Source: Asterias rubens
Lineage: Eukaryota
Direction: 5' to 3'
DNA: 64,000 nucleotides
NCBI RefSeq assembly: GCF_902459465.1
Contig: NC_047073.1
Location: 3,038,001 to 3,102,000, forward strand
Of this stretch, positions 13,801 through 26,600 are shown piece by piece; positions within the stretch are counted from its first letter, which is position 1; every line of letters starts with the position of its first letter. The position numbers and the translations under genes were made by a program. Under the pieces are notes generated by a model. That model searched no databases. It saw only the letters and a program-made list of their open reading frames with translations, and was not told the origin of the DNA.

Positions 13801-16800
13801 ATATCATTAAAATTCAGGAATTAACTCAAAATTTTCCCGCCCCCCGTCCCCACGCTCAATGTTGACTGAAACGCAGAAGAAGATTGCCACATGGAACCAA
13901 CATTGAAAGGGGGCAGGGGGGCCCAACGAGACATGGCCGTGATTGTAGTTACCAAGTAGGTTTTTATGCTAACAATTATTTTGAGTTATTACCAATAGTG
14001 ACCAGTGCCTTTAAAGACAGCAGAGCTCAGAATGATGAAAAAGTGGTATTTTTCAGGGAGTTTTCAGTACAGAAAGCAAAGGTTCATAGGTTAGCAGGAT
14101 ACTAGGTCAAAGGTCACTTCTTACCTCGTCTGAGAATGTCTCATTGTCTGCCACAGGAAATGCTGTTTCCCCGCCGTCTTGTGTCTCGTCAAGATAGTAG
14201 AGAATTGTCAAGAATCTGGAATCAAAAGCACAAAGATCATCAGTGAGGCGCATTTGTGAGGCGCAGCAATGCGCATTAGTGGGTTTTTATACATGTGCAA
14301 CGCATGACAGTGGTCTTAAGACAGCAAAAAAAGTAACGCAGCTGTTGTAAAAGCAAACATAATTTAAAAATTGTTATTCGTATTCTAAAAATGAAAATAC
14401 CAGGAGACGGATAATTTAATTACTGTGATTTTGACACCTTGTTTGTAACAATCGGTCGAGTATTGTTGTCGCGGTATGTGCTTACAGGTGAAAAGTGCAC
14501 ATTTCAATTGTTGCAGTAACTCCTATTGACATGATTGATCTCTCCTCTGATTCAGCGTGAAGCTAATAGCAGAAATTTTGAAAAACTGCTCCAACTCGTC
14601 CGATCCAAGGCAACGTGTTCCTTTAAGAGTCCTTGGAAGAACATTGATAAGAATCAGATAGACCTTTCTATCGTAATGTCACAGCTAAAGTTTTTTGCCA
14701 GCCCAGGTTGGAAAACTATGGAAAGCCATGAATGCAAAACACAAAACAAGTAACATCATTAAAAAAATGGGAGGTAATTTATTTATTATAAAAATATGCA
14801 GCAAATGATGAAATTGGTTCAAACCTCTGTTAACACCAATGAATATTTTGCTTCATTCAGCTGCCATGCCAACCAGCTTGGTTTGTTTATCAACAATGGA
14901 AGGTCGATAACCTGAATTCTTGTGACCTCTGACACCAACCTACCTGCAGAGACGTACCCCATGGTCATGATCCCAATCTTCTTGCAGTGTTCCTAATGTA
15001 TGAGAACAAGGTATTTTTGGATCAAGCTCTTCTGAGTCATAATGAGCGTGGAAATGACCGCCATGTTCGTAGTAGACCACCTGAGAAAACACACAAGAGA
15101 CTTTGAACACAACATCAACAAACCGACCCTCGATCGGTACAAAGCTTGTTATGACACGAATGTGGCGTGTTGTGGTCTAGTTCAACGGAGCCTAGATTTG
15201 GTGTTGTTATCAGCAGAGTGTGGGTTCGATTCCCGGTCCCGATTCAGCAAGGCACTTAACCATAGTTGTTTCATAAAAAGTTGGGAAGGTAGTGCACTCT
15301 GCTCTACCAGCCACGCTCCTTGTTGATGATACCCATGCCGGTACATCCTTAATGGACTGTGAAGGGGGTAACCTGGTTTCAGCCCTAGGAGTAGGTTGCA
15401 CCTGTAACCCTCACCTTTAAGTGGCCGTCCGGCCTCGTAATGTTAGGTGATCACTCATCAAAAAGTATGTCAAGAAAATGCTGGTGACTGAATTGTTTGA
15501 CCACTGAAGCGTAGTTCATCAGTTGTCAATAGTGCAAACTCTATTACCAGTGTGGGCGGGGCCGGGCAGGCCCACCTAGAACTCAACATTTTGGCAATAT
15601 ACACCGTGCCGCCCAGCACAGATTTCTCTAGGATTAAATCAAAATATTGTCCACTATACATTGATCTCATACACAGCTGATGATAAGGAGTATCTAATGC
15701 AACAGAGAAAAAACACAGTCAAAAGGCCATTCATCTTATTGCATGACACCATAACGGTTTGAAAACCTGGTATCAAGCCTATACCTGAAGCTTGCACTTC
15801 AGCAATGATGGCCGCATAATTAAACATGAATAATCTTGTCGATCCGCTCGCCCTTGGTGGATTTACAACAACTCTGGATTTAGACCCCAACACTAAAATT
15901 GGTCAAGCTACAACCCTGTCTATTACTATACCTCATACATATTCATGATCGAGAGCCTAAAGGTCACTCACCTGTAAACTTTCACTGTGCTGTACTATAT
16001 CCCCTGCTAGTCCCGTCAGTGCGGTTACTCTGAAACAAATTCATAAAGATGGGCAACAATTGCATTACTATTCAAAGTTTTATACTAGATTCTGCCATAC
16101 TACCTTTAAAAATATCAAATAGGTTATTACTGTGGTATAAAGCACTGTATACTCCAAGACCATTAACTGCCGTGTAGCCAGGGATCACACCCAAATTACG
16201 ATACAACCTGGGGAGCGGCAGCCAGGGGGTCACCTTAAGGGGATGCGACTTTTTGTTTCAGATATCAATATAAACCACAAGGGAAACTGACTGGGTAAAT
16301 TATGAAATGATTTTTGGGGTTGAACAAAGAATTGACTAGAGTGGGATCCGAACCAACGACCTCTGGATTAATGTGCCGGCGATCTACCAACCGAGCTATC
16401 TAGTCCTATATTGGCGGTGTCCCTATTTTGTCAATATCTTTGTTCGGGGGTGCCAGTCAGAACCCATACAACCGTAAATATCTAAAACTGAAACCTCCTT
16501 CTTTGTTTTCCTGGCGTGGGGTTCTTGGCTAGTACCAGTTCGACAAGAGAGAGAAAGAGAGGACACAGGGGGAGAGTTGAAAACCAAATTTTGCAACTTA
16601 CTTTTCCCTGAGGTCTGTCAGCACCTCATCCCCACTACCAATATTAAGCCAGGCTTGTTGGCTGACACGGTTCAGTTTACTATTGTCATTCTTACAATGC
16701 TCAGACAGCCACTTCTTCATCTTAAAAAACCAATAAATAAAACGATTTCAATTGTTGAAATTTTTCTGTTTTAAATATCTGAACAGAATAACTAACAATG

Positions 16801-19800
16801 GTTGAATTAGACACAAGCCAAGCAGACAAATACTTGTCAAGGGTGCTGCCCCAAAAGTATGCTGTGCTTTCTTCACTGAATATACAGTGCTGAGCCCACT
16901 TCGACGTAGGGCAAAACAAGATTCGTGTACATGTATACAAAGTATGGTAGAGATAAATGAAGGTGCGAGGTGGGACTACAATCCTGGCCATACCTCGTTG
17001 GGCCCGTGGCACCACGGCCCCCTTTCAATGTTGGCTCTTCAATGCGCGGTCTTCGCTGCCATCAACATTGAGCGAATGGGTAGCCCAAGCATTTTGGCCG
17101 GGATTGTCTGAAAATTGTCAGCGTAAAATGTTTATATACATACACTAAAGAAGGCCTTAAAACTCCATAAATGTGCACAGACAGTGGTTGCTCATTTCTT
17201 GCTGAGTAGGGCGTTGAAACAAAATACAAAACATCAATAATGTTTTTGTTCAGAGGGGGAAGGGGGGGGGGGTTACAACATTATGCCCTTGACTTTTCAA
17301 CTTGGTGTTCTGTTGTTTGACTTCAAACGAAGGAGGAGCGGAAAATCAAAAAGTATGAGGTTTGAGGTAGAGAAAAGAGTGTACAGAAAGTATGATGAAG
17401 GTGGGTGGAGGTGTCAAGGCGGCCTCATCCAGATTTTCCTGTACCGGCAACAAACTGTCGGCAACGTGCAGATAAAATATGCTCATGTCACAACAACTGA
17501 GAAGCCGTGCGCCTGCGATTGGTTCCCAACCGTCGGGATCACGTTGTACCAGTTCAAATAGTTCTACTCTTGCGACTGTTAATTTTTCAAGCGGCGACTG
17601 TTTCAGACTGTCTTAAAATCATCGCAGTTACGCTCGTAAATAAGCGCCGACTGAAAAGTCCCCGATGGTCTTAGCTCAGGCGCAGTGTGATCCTGAAAAG
17701 TCAGTCGCCGACTATTTTTTTGTTGACGCAAGGTCGACCTGAGGCCAGCTTAAGGGGGATACAGTGTATACAAAGTATAGTGGTGGTCAGTGGAGCTGGG
17801 TAGAAGGTGTAAGCGGAATCGAATGCACACAAAGTATGGACAAATCGAGTCAAGGTGTCAGGAATAGAGTGTTCTTTTTTTACTGACCTCTTGCATTTTT
17901 TCACGATTGATTTGAGAGAATTCCTGCATATTCAACACACCATCACCGTCTAGATCAAGATGATTATCTCGTAGCATTTCCAAGATGTCGTCTTGTCGAA
18001 GGAAAGCATTGACTTCAATAAAATCGCCAATGCTGTCAAGAAGCTCCTCAGCATCCAGAACCTTCAAATCAATGACAATGGTAAACATTTTGATCATATT
18101 CTTGTTTAATTTCTGTGGTGTGTCATGGCCTAGCGGTTAAGAGCACAGGATTCAAGCTCTGGTGTTCGGTCAGCAGAATGTGGGTTTGAAATCGTGACAC
18201 TTGCTACAAAATTGGGGAGGTAGAGCTTTCTACCAGCCAGGGTTCTGATTGATGATACCCAAGCCTACATTCGTATGGACTGTAAAGGGGGTAACCCTGT
18301 TTCAGCCCTGGGAGTAGGTGGCAACGGCCCCTGGAAGAAAAACAATTGTAGCCCAAACCTTGAAGTGGCCTTCAGGCCTCGTGTGTCTGGCAAAATGTTA
18401 AAAAAAAACAAAACAAAAAAAAAACTTGCAAGTAGCCTACACAATAGTGCTTTAGTGGGTTTGAATCACGGCTGAGACACTTTAATTGTGTCATGGCCAT
18501 GAGGTCATAAAGCACTTTAGACTCGAGCTCTAGTGTTTCTTATCAGCAGATCGTGTGGTTTCCTTTATGAAGACTCTTCTCCAGAAGACGGTCAGAGCAC
18601 ACTGTCTAAAACGTCAAGCAGTGCAAACCGGCTCTTCTAAGAGGCACCTCTACCCAATAAAGAGAATTTGGTTGGTGTCACCACAAACCTTACTGATAAG
18701 GTATTGGTTTCATCAACAGTAAAGAATAACAAAGATGCTTCATAAATCTTACCTGCAAGGCCATTGATTTCAACAAATTCAAATTCCATGGCAGCATACA
18801 TTTTTCTGCAGTGGGTTTTGGTCGTCATATATTCCTCACAAATCCGTCATTTTTCGTGAAATAATGCAGCTCCCAACGTTCAAAATGCCCGCTTTGATCG
18901 TATTCTATTAGTGCTGTCTGCTGCCCTGCGTGCGCTTATTAATTTGTGTGCAAGACGCATGTAGTTCTTGGTCACCGTATCTTGACTGCGCAGCGTTAAC
19001 AAGCAACGCAACGCAAGATATGCGCGTCGTACGTCTTGCGTAAGCACGGCAGACTGTGAGAATACGATCAAAATCAGGAATTTGTTAAAGTTGGGAGCTG
19101 CATTTATTCACAAAAAATGACGGATTTGTGAGGAATATATGACGACCAAAACCCACCACAGAAAAATATATGCAGCCATGGAACGTGAATCTGTTGAAAT
19201 GTGTGGCTTCTTGCAGGTAAGATTTGAGTTATGAAGCTTTGAAAATTTTCCGCCTCAGAATGGACCTTGATATCCAGGACGTCACTATTATTAGTATAAT
19301 ACGAAAGAGTAGGCCAAAGGCTTCCAGGCCTACTTCATAAACTGTCATGCCTTTTGAAAAACATGGAAGGACACCAAGATGCCCACTATATAAAAACTGA
19401 ATACGGAGCCAAAGATTCCTTATTACTACAAAGGTAATGTTCCTTACCTTATCTTCATTGGAATCAATATTCTTGAAGACGTCTTCACTTGGGTCTTCCT
19501 CATAATCTTGAGGATCTTCTCTTTCGGTGGAGTCTTTAACTGAACTTGTAAAAAGTGTTTCCTTCTGAGCCAAGTCCTTGATGTGGTCGCATTCCTCTTG
19601 AGAGAGGAACCCTGGTATCTCTGAACAACGACAAATCAAAATAGATCAGACCTCCCAAGCCCAAACAGCTCCCTCTCTGAGGTCAATGAAGACCGATTAT
19701 TGACTAAGAACTGAGCACTGTGTGTACATGCGTGTACACTTCAACTGTTTGACCCCATATTTGGGGGTTGGTAGCTGATGAATTATTGTGATGTATAACA

Positions 19801-21382
19801 TTGTATAACATAATGATAAGAGATTATTCATGTGTGCTTGTTGTGGCGCCCTTTCTAGCAATGTATTGTGTATGATTTAAGTGTGTAGACAGACCAAATG
19901 AGTTCAGTGAGTGAGCAACGAAAGGTGTCGTTCTCGAAGAATGAATAAATCAGTGTGTTTCATACTGAACGGAATTTGAGTTCATTTGTTTTCTGTCTGC
20001 GTTTGGCTGCAGAGCAAACAAGGACCCGCTGGCAGTACGTTACAATATTTACAATCTGAGAGACACAGTAAACATTTTTAAAGACTGCATGGTTAGGGTT
20101 AGGGTTAAGGAAGAGGTTGCGGAGCAGACTTTTATAGCTCCTCAAACGTATATCTTCCTTTTAGCACGTCTTAGCTAGCTAGACAGGCACATATCTGAGT
20201 AACAGACAGGGCTTCAGGTGGGCGGGCCCTAGAGAATCTTGGTCTTTATTATGGGAGGCACAAACAAGTGGGCGGAGACAAGGCGACAGGATTAAAAACT
20301 TATTGATATGTTATTTTGCCAGCATTAAGGATAAAGACTGTTGGTTTTACCCATACACAGGGGGTGACAGATCTGTGTGTAAACCACTATATACTTTAGT
20401 ACTTTAGTACTTTTTTCCCGAGTGCTGTTAAAAATTCCACAGGCACGGGCGAAGTCCTCGAATCCTAACTGTGGATTTGTTCACAGGACTTGGGCAAGTA
20501 CCGAGTACAGTAGCTACTTTATCAGACGATGGTGTTATTCGTAAAACCAAGTAAAAACAATACAATGCTCACCAAACAATGGAGGGTCTTTGGCAAGGGT
20601 CTTTATCTGCAAAATCTGACCAGATGCAAGTTCCAACTGCTGCATGTGATCTTTCTGAAAGACAACAAAAACAACAATAAACATTGCAAAGTGCCTTTTT
20701 GCTTAACTCTTGGTCCATCCCTCTTCATTCGTCCATACAAAAGCCTAAACTGTGAAGGAGGAACAAGGTCATCCATTAGGATGGACTCCTCCAGAGCAGT
20801 ACGGATTTATTAGCAGGTGGATTGCATAGTCTTGATCCCAAGATCTGCGCATGGATTATTTCCTAGCCTTGCTACCATGGGCAGCGCGCCGTATCACACA
20901 CTAGCTTTGCAGAAGTCTCTTCTCGCTACCGTGGGCAGTGCGCCCAACGTACGCTAGCTTTGCAGACGTCTATTCTCGCTACCATTGGCAGCACGCCGTA
21001 TCATCTGCTAGCTATGCGCAAGTCTATTCTTGGTTCTATTTCCAGCTTTCGCAAAGACAGTCGTCAACCGAAATGATTTCAAGAAGAAAAGTGGCGCTCT
21101 GTTGGGTTATCACTTCGATAAGCTACGTTATGCTACATGCACGTTATGTTACGTTATGTTACGAGTATGGACCAACACTCCACTAGCTCATACCTTAACA
21201 GGGTCAAGTTGAAACAGTCTCCGTCTTATGTAAGGTTCTCCAAATGAAACTCTTTCCTTTTCATCAAAGTCTCTGCTCTCTGAATCTGAATGGTGAAGCA
21301 GAGGTTCTGCCAAAGATCCTGCTTGAATCCAAGTCGCAATGATGAGGATGCCCAACAGCAATGTTGACCACAACGACATCAT
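10858..21382 (-). CDS. P4HTM: Transmembrane prolyl 4-hydroxylase-like 2OG/Fe(II) dioxygenase with EF-hands, about 599 aa, 10 coding exons
   Basis: Exons 21194-21382, 20573-20654, 19448-19620, 17888-18061, 16602-16720, 15972-16029, 14944-15080, 14125-14215, 12945-13062 and 10858-11516 are all GT-AG, phase-compatible and total 1800 nt. Motifs: LFEIPGFLSQEEC, EF loops DSNEDKVLDAEE and DLDGDGVLNMQE, HFHAHYDS, GGETAFPVADN, SLHGGC, KWIANNW, C-terminal RDEL. Confidence 0.93.
12147..12490 (-). mobile_element. tRNA-derived SINE fragment
   Basis: The minus strand has a B box GGGTTCGAATCCC, and the body is near-identical to 55540-55835 and 59370-59625. Confidence 0.7.
12537..12876. mobile_element. R1 family MITE
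   Basis: Starts TTAAAGACACTGGACAC with the R1 internal sequence. Confidence 0.75.
13210..13686. mobile_element. TTAA-flanked non-autonomous element with a GC-rich core (Kolobok-like)
   Basis: Ends are TTAAAGCTGCAGTG ... CACTGCAGCATCCCTTTAA. Confidence 0.5.
15160..15445 (+). mobile_element. tRNA-derived SINE
   Basis: A-box-like TGGTCTAGTT and B box GGGTTCGATTCCC; the body is shared with 18114-18385. Confidence 0.6.
16322..16475 (-). mobile_element. tRNA-derived SINE head (different family)
   Basis: The minus strand reads GATAGCTCGGTTGGTAGA ... GGTTCGGATCCC, and the anticodon stem pairs poorly. Confidence 0.55.
18114..18385 (+). mobile_element. tRNA-derived SINE
   Basis: A box TGGCCTAGCGGTTAAG, a degenerate B box, and body GGACTGTAAAGGGGGTAACCCTG. 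Confidence 0.6.
18737..19238. mobile_element. Foldback/MITE of about 500 bp with long inverted arms, in P4HTM-like intron 3
   Basis: About 18737-18905 is the imperfect reverse complement of about 19065-19238. Confidence 0.7.
20863..21032. repeat. About three tandem copies of a roughly 53-bp unit (GCTAGCTTTGCAGAAGTCT.TTCTCGCTACC.TGGGCAG.GCGCC)
   Basis: Directly visible imperfect tandem repeat in P4HTM-like intron 1. Confidence 0.7.
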
Positions 21383-23626
21383 GATTTAGATGTGAGACTG
21401 AGAATTGAATCGAAAATAAAGAAGATTGTGAGGTTTACCTTACACCAACAGATGTTTGTGATTAACATGCAAACCCGGCTATGGCTCTTTTAACCCATGG
21501 CCAGCTTGCAGGCAACAGCTAATCAAATTGGTCGTCTACAGGCGAGATACAGGCGAGGTGCGATCTTGTTGTATCCTAGGCCACTCGCCTACTCCTCGTA
21601 ACTCGGCGTAGACCCCAGAGTCTATCTATCTATCTTCCATGAGAGTACATCCCTCCAGAGGAATAGTCGTAGTTTGGGTGCTTTACACTTATTACAGTTA
21701 TTATTGTAGTTACCTGGTTACCACTACTCCTACTATTATTATATGGTTTGTTCCGATCGTCTCCACGTGGAGACATTACATCTACATCTATCCAGCTGCT
21801 TGTCAAACAAAGCCTACTCAGATACGATAGCGGAACGAACCTCATCTGATATAGTTCTAGGATAGTAGGAGGAGTAACCCTCCCAGACCTACCAAGTCTC
21901 ACGCATATATAGAGGCGTTAGACTCATGTATTAGGGGTCTGTCTCCCCCTCTCACGTGTCGCAACCATTTATTCATGCATTGGGGCCAGACCGGAGAAAC
22001 AATAAAAAATTACGACAATGCATTGCCATATTGCGCACGTGTGTACAAATAAAAGCAATCTACAAAGTTTGCACAATCTTCAGATTGCATGCAGTTTATC
22101 AGAATCATCACTTGAGCTGCTGACAAACATAGCGCAAACTTGCAGATTGCGCACGCTTTTGCTCTCCCAGAAGATTAAGCAGACAATTTGGCAGAGCGCA
22201 AAACGCACGTTGCGCACAAGTTTGTTCCGATTCGTTTAGCAAATTCATTCAATGCGCTCCAGCGTAGACTCTTCAACAACAGGCAGGAGTTGTGAGCGGA
22301 GGATTTAAAGCCATTGGACACTTTCGGTGAACAGTATTGTCCAAAGGCCCACACTTTGTGTATCACAACTATATAAAATAACAAACCAGTGAAAATTGAG
22401 GCTTAATCGGTCATCGGAGTGGTGAGAAAATAATGGGAAAACCCACCCTTATTTCCGCACGTTTCGCCGTGTCATGACATGTGTTTACTATAATCCGTAA
22501 TTCTTGTTGTCGAGAATTGATAATATTGTTTTAATGTTTTCTCAAAAAGTAAAGCATTTCATCCCATTAAATTAATTGAGACAAAAAAATGGAAGCAGAC
22601 ATTGACTACTTCGTACTTGACTAAATACTCTTTGGGTAATATTATTATATGTTCAGTCCAAATATGGGTAGCATTGTACATTTAGTTGTCAATAGAGGGT
22701 GGGGGCGGTATTAAAAATGAGTGGTATACTCTCAAGTATGAAAGAAGATTCGTAGCAAGTGGAATGAACCCTAGGGCTAGGGATTGGTTTTCCCAAAGAG
22801 ACCCCCCCCCCCCGACTGTTATTGTAAACCCCTGTGTATGGTCACTTATTTATAAATAATAGTTGCAAATAGTTTATTCAATGTTGCAAATAGTGTATAA
22901 TATGGATAAAATTAATGTAAATATAAAAATAAATAAAAACGGGAGAAGCACAGCTTTTGTTCCCCAGCCTATGAACAGACAGCATTAAAAATACAGGACA
23001 AAACTGACACTTTGAGTTTGACAGGTGTACCTAGTAAGACAGAAAATAAAGCCGTTACATTACTACAACGAACATACAAAGTTAGTGTTTAGTTGGTGTT
23101 AAATTCCAAATTGATTGATTATTATTGTGTTAATGTTTCCATGGTACAATTGTAATGAGGTTCTTTATTTGAATTTGATTTGGTATCTTGCTGGGGTCTA
23201 CTTACATCTTAATTAATGTTCAGTCATTCCTCCAGATCAAGTAAATGTCTGTAGCAGACAACATCACAGATGAGTAACATAAGTTGTCAAAAGACTAAAG
23301 AGGGCGGTATGTAAGATGAGTGGTCTCAAAATTAATGACAACAACTTCCAAATAATAGTAGCAACTGAAACACTAACCGATTACTGGAATCGATATTTTT
23401 AAAGAACACTAATTTTTGCAAATGTAACGCTAATCTATAGGCAAAAGTTGCATGGAGTTGGAATCGATTCTCAGCGAGAATCGACTTTTTGAATAATATT
23501 TGGCAATGAATGACGAATATTGTCAAATCACCAAACTGCTAAAATCTAATCTCGTCCCCAAAAGTGTGTCGCGCACGTAGTGATCGCTCTCCCCTACTGT
23601 AAACGTGATTGGAAGTAAAGTAAACC

Positions 23627-26600
23627 ATGGGTAAGAGGTTTAGACTGGTCCCCTGCTTTTATATCCGCTGGCCTCGGTGTTCGAGATCGCTCACCCAAGC
23701 CATCCGCGCGGACAGGCGGCGGAGGAGAGAGTGGAACAAAAAAAGGTAATCTTGAGGGCGCCAATCTTGAGTTGAGTTTTGACGGATTAAGAAACGGTTA
23801 AAATTCAGACTAATTTAACTGCTGATTTGGGTTTTTTTGCCAGCTAAGATGGATTCAGATGTAGTTGAAAGACGGGAAAGTAGCAGTGGAAACCCAGAGG
23901 AGACGTCTTTGAAAAACAAGTCAACTCGACATGACCGCATTACACGTCTGCCACTGACAAGAATAAAAAACATCATCAAAACAGATCCCGACGTCACACT
24001 CGCCAGCCAGGAATCAGTACTCCTCATTGCCAAGGCAACGGTACAGTTAACTTACTCACTTGTTGTCATTTAGGTTGCTCTGACTCTTGGATAACTTTCC
24101 GTATGGCGCCACCACTTTTTCACTCATTTTTACAAAAAGGGATATATCAATCTGGTGTATTAGAATTAGATACTTATATTATTTTATTTCGAATGAAAAA
24201 GTGGTGGCGCCATACGGAAACTTTTCCTGACTCTTAATCAATAGTTTCTAAACTTTCTTTTTTCTTGAGTGAGATTAGAAGCAAGTCCATCCGTCATAAT
24301 CCGTGCACGAAATACCCCCACGGCCACGTGCACACACGCCTACTCCTAGAACTATTTCGGTTTCGTCCGGCTATCGTCTCCCGTAACCTCATATAGGTTT
24401 ATATCTCTCACGCGTTTAACAACCCATGGTTCAATCATTGTTCAACGAATTTTGGAATCAGAAATCTCTCTTTATTTTAATTTTAATCTCGCCAAGATTA
24501 GGCTCTATGTGTCCTTTGATATCTCAATGTCCGAGGGGGCGACCAGAGAACCCACTCCGCAATCTCAAAAAATGTTAAAAGTTATAAATTCTTACCATAA
24601 TTCAGTCCCCAAATACTCCGTTTTACCACTACACTACAAATGCTGATTGTCCCCGAACTCTGCCGAACGCATCGCGAAGTCACGACACGTGACGAGCGTG
24701 TGCATGTTATATTTTTCCCAGGACAAACGTGGAGAATTTTCGCACACATTCGTCCGTCATAGAATAAATAAACCCACACGATCCGTGCTTTGTGTACAAA
24801 ACCTTATGGACACTCGTCTAGGAATCAGACGTCTGGTTCCCAGACGCGTGTCCTTATGTTTTTGTACGCAAAGCACGGATCGAGTGTTTTTTAATTCTAG
24901 GACAAACGTGTGTAGATAAGTAAAAGTTCAGATTCCTGAGTTAGGTAGAATAATTTTGAAAACATTTTGGAAAATGGTACGGGAGCTTTATACCCTGGAC
25001 TCCGTCGCGTTGCATGCCACGGAGGAGTCCAACCTGGGCTACACACACGCCCAGCCAGTAAGTTAGCTGGGCTAGGGCGCTTTACTGGGGCGCTTTACTT
25101 TCTTCAGAATTTTGACATCTGCGGTATGAATATCTGCCCAAGCAAGTGAACCATTACCTAACATTTTAACAATGGGAATAGACATTCAACACTTTGCTGT
25201 GATTTTCCATACACCCAGCCACCAGAAATATACCCCCGAAAAACAACAAAATAGCTTGAAAACTGTCAATGATGCAACATCATACATTTTAATTATTCGC
25301 TCGATTATTGTTGTGCTCAAAACCATTTCACGGTGACTTCATTTACATGAATCAGCAGCAAAACTTAAAAACAGGGGACCACATAATCTACTGCTGCCAC
25401 ACTGAGTGTAATGCTATTTCCTTGCTGGTGTATAAATTAACGAGTATTGTATTTTTTTGGGGGTTAAACAGGAGATGTTCTTGCAGCATTTTGCCAAAAC
25501 CTCATACAACCAAACTGCCAGAGGGAAGCGGAAGACGATAAAAAGACAGGATGTAGGTACGTAGGTAACCACCCCAGCCCTAGTAAAGGGAACCACTGTG
25601 CCATATGAATGTCTTGAAATAGTATAATCACAGAGAAACAACCACGGAAGGAGTTGAAATGTCCCAGCAACAAATCAACCACTGCCAACACCAGGGATGT
25701 AACAGCCACATGGTTGCTTTTTTACATGCAATTATTCAAAGTATGCTCCACTTTTTAAACAAATTCTGAAAAGATTAATTGTTAAATATTGGAACAAATT
25801 TCTCTGTTGGCCACAGCTGGCCATCAACAGAGATGGTTCATCAGTTATTAAAACTCCTGCCGACGATTTCACAAAACTCTTCCTAACTTAAGACTAATCT
25901 TATGACTTAGGACGAGTCCCAAGCCTGCACTGTAGCATGTGGACCTTAAGATTAATCCTAAGTTAAGACGAGTTACTCGTCCTAACTCGAGATAAGACGA
26001 GTCCTAACTCTTTGTGAAATCGACCCTTGCCAGTTTAAAACAATTTATATCTGAATGTAGGAATTCATGCGAAATCGCTTAATGATATGACCATTCAATT
26101 CCATGCTTATTCATGGTTTGACAGCAGCAAAATTGTTATCAACCAGGCTGTCGGTTACCATGGCCAGCAAATCAGCGGCGACAATGATTATTTACGAAGG
26201 CAAACAGCCCATGGAAGAGCAGTCGTCATTCACAATGCATTTTCTTAAGGAAAAGCTTAGGGTGATGGTCTGTAGGTTTTAGTTCTAACTCCTTCCGTGG
26301 TCCTTTCTCTATGGTTTAACTGTAAATCTACTTAATAAACTGTCATCTATTCTGCAGCCTTGTGAATATTAGTTTCATTCTGCAGCCAGGTACTTTTCCT
26401 TTTTTTGTCATCTGCTGTCATGTGAAATTCATTCTTGACTTTGTTTTACAATCATGTAAATATTTGTTTTATTCTAATTATTTTGCATCCTTAAATGGCC
26501 CTTTGTTAATATTAATATTTTTTTGATTCATTTCAGACCTTTCGATAGAAGCTTTGGATGCGTATGCTTTTCTTGAAGGTGGGTAGACAATACACCTGTA

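Noticed and set aside
16333-16410. tRNA-like sequence
   Set aside because: A and B boxes are present, but the anticodon and acceptor stems pair poorly and a SINE-like body follows, so I treat it as a SINE head.
20863-21032. Repeat-spacer-like pattern suggesting CRISPR
   Set aside because: The units are contiguous tandem copies without unique spacers, the context is eukaryotic and there are no cas genes.
22018-22239. 73-aa + strand ORF in the divergent spacer
   Set aside because: It is short with no motif or splice support, and is better explained as promoter-region or repeat sequence.
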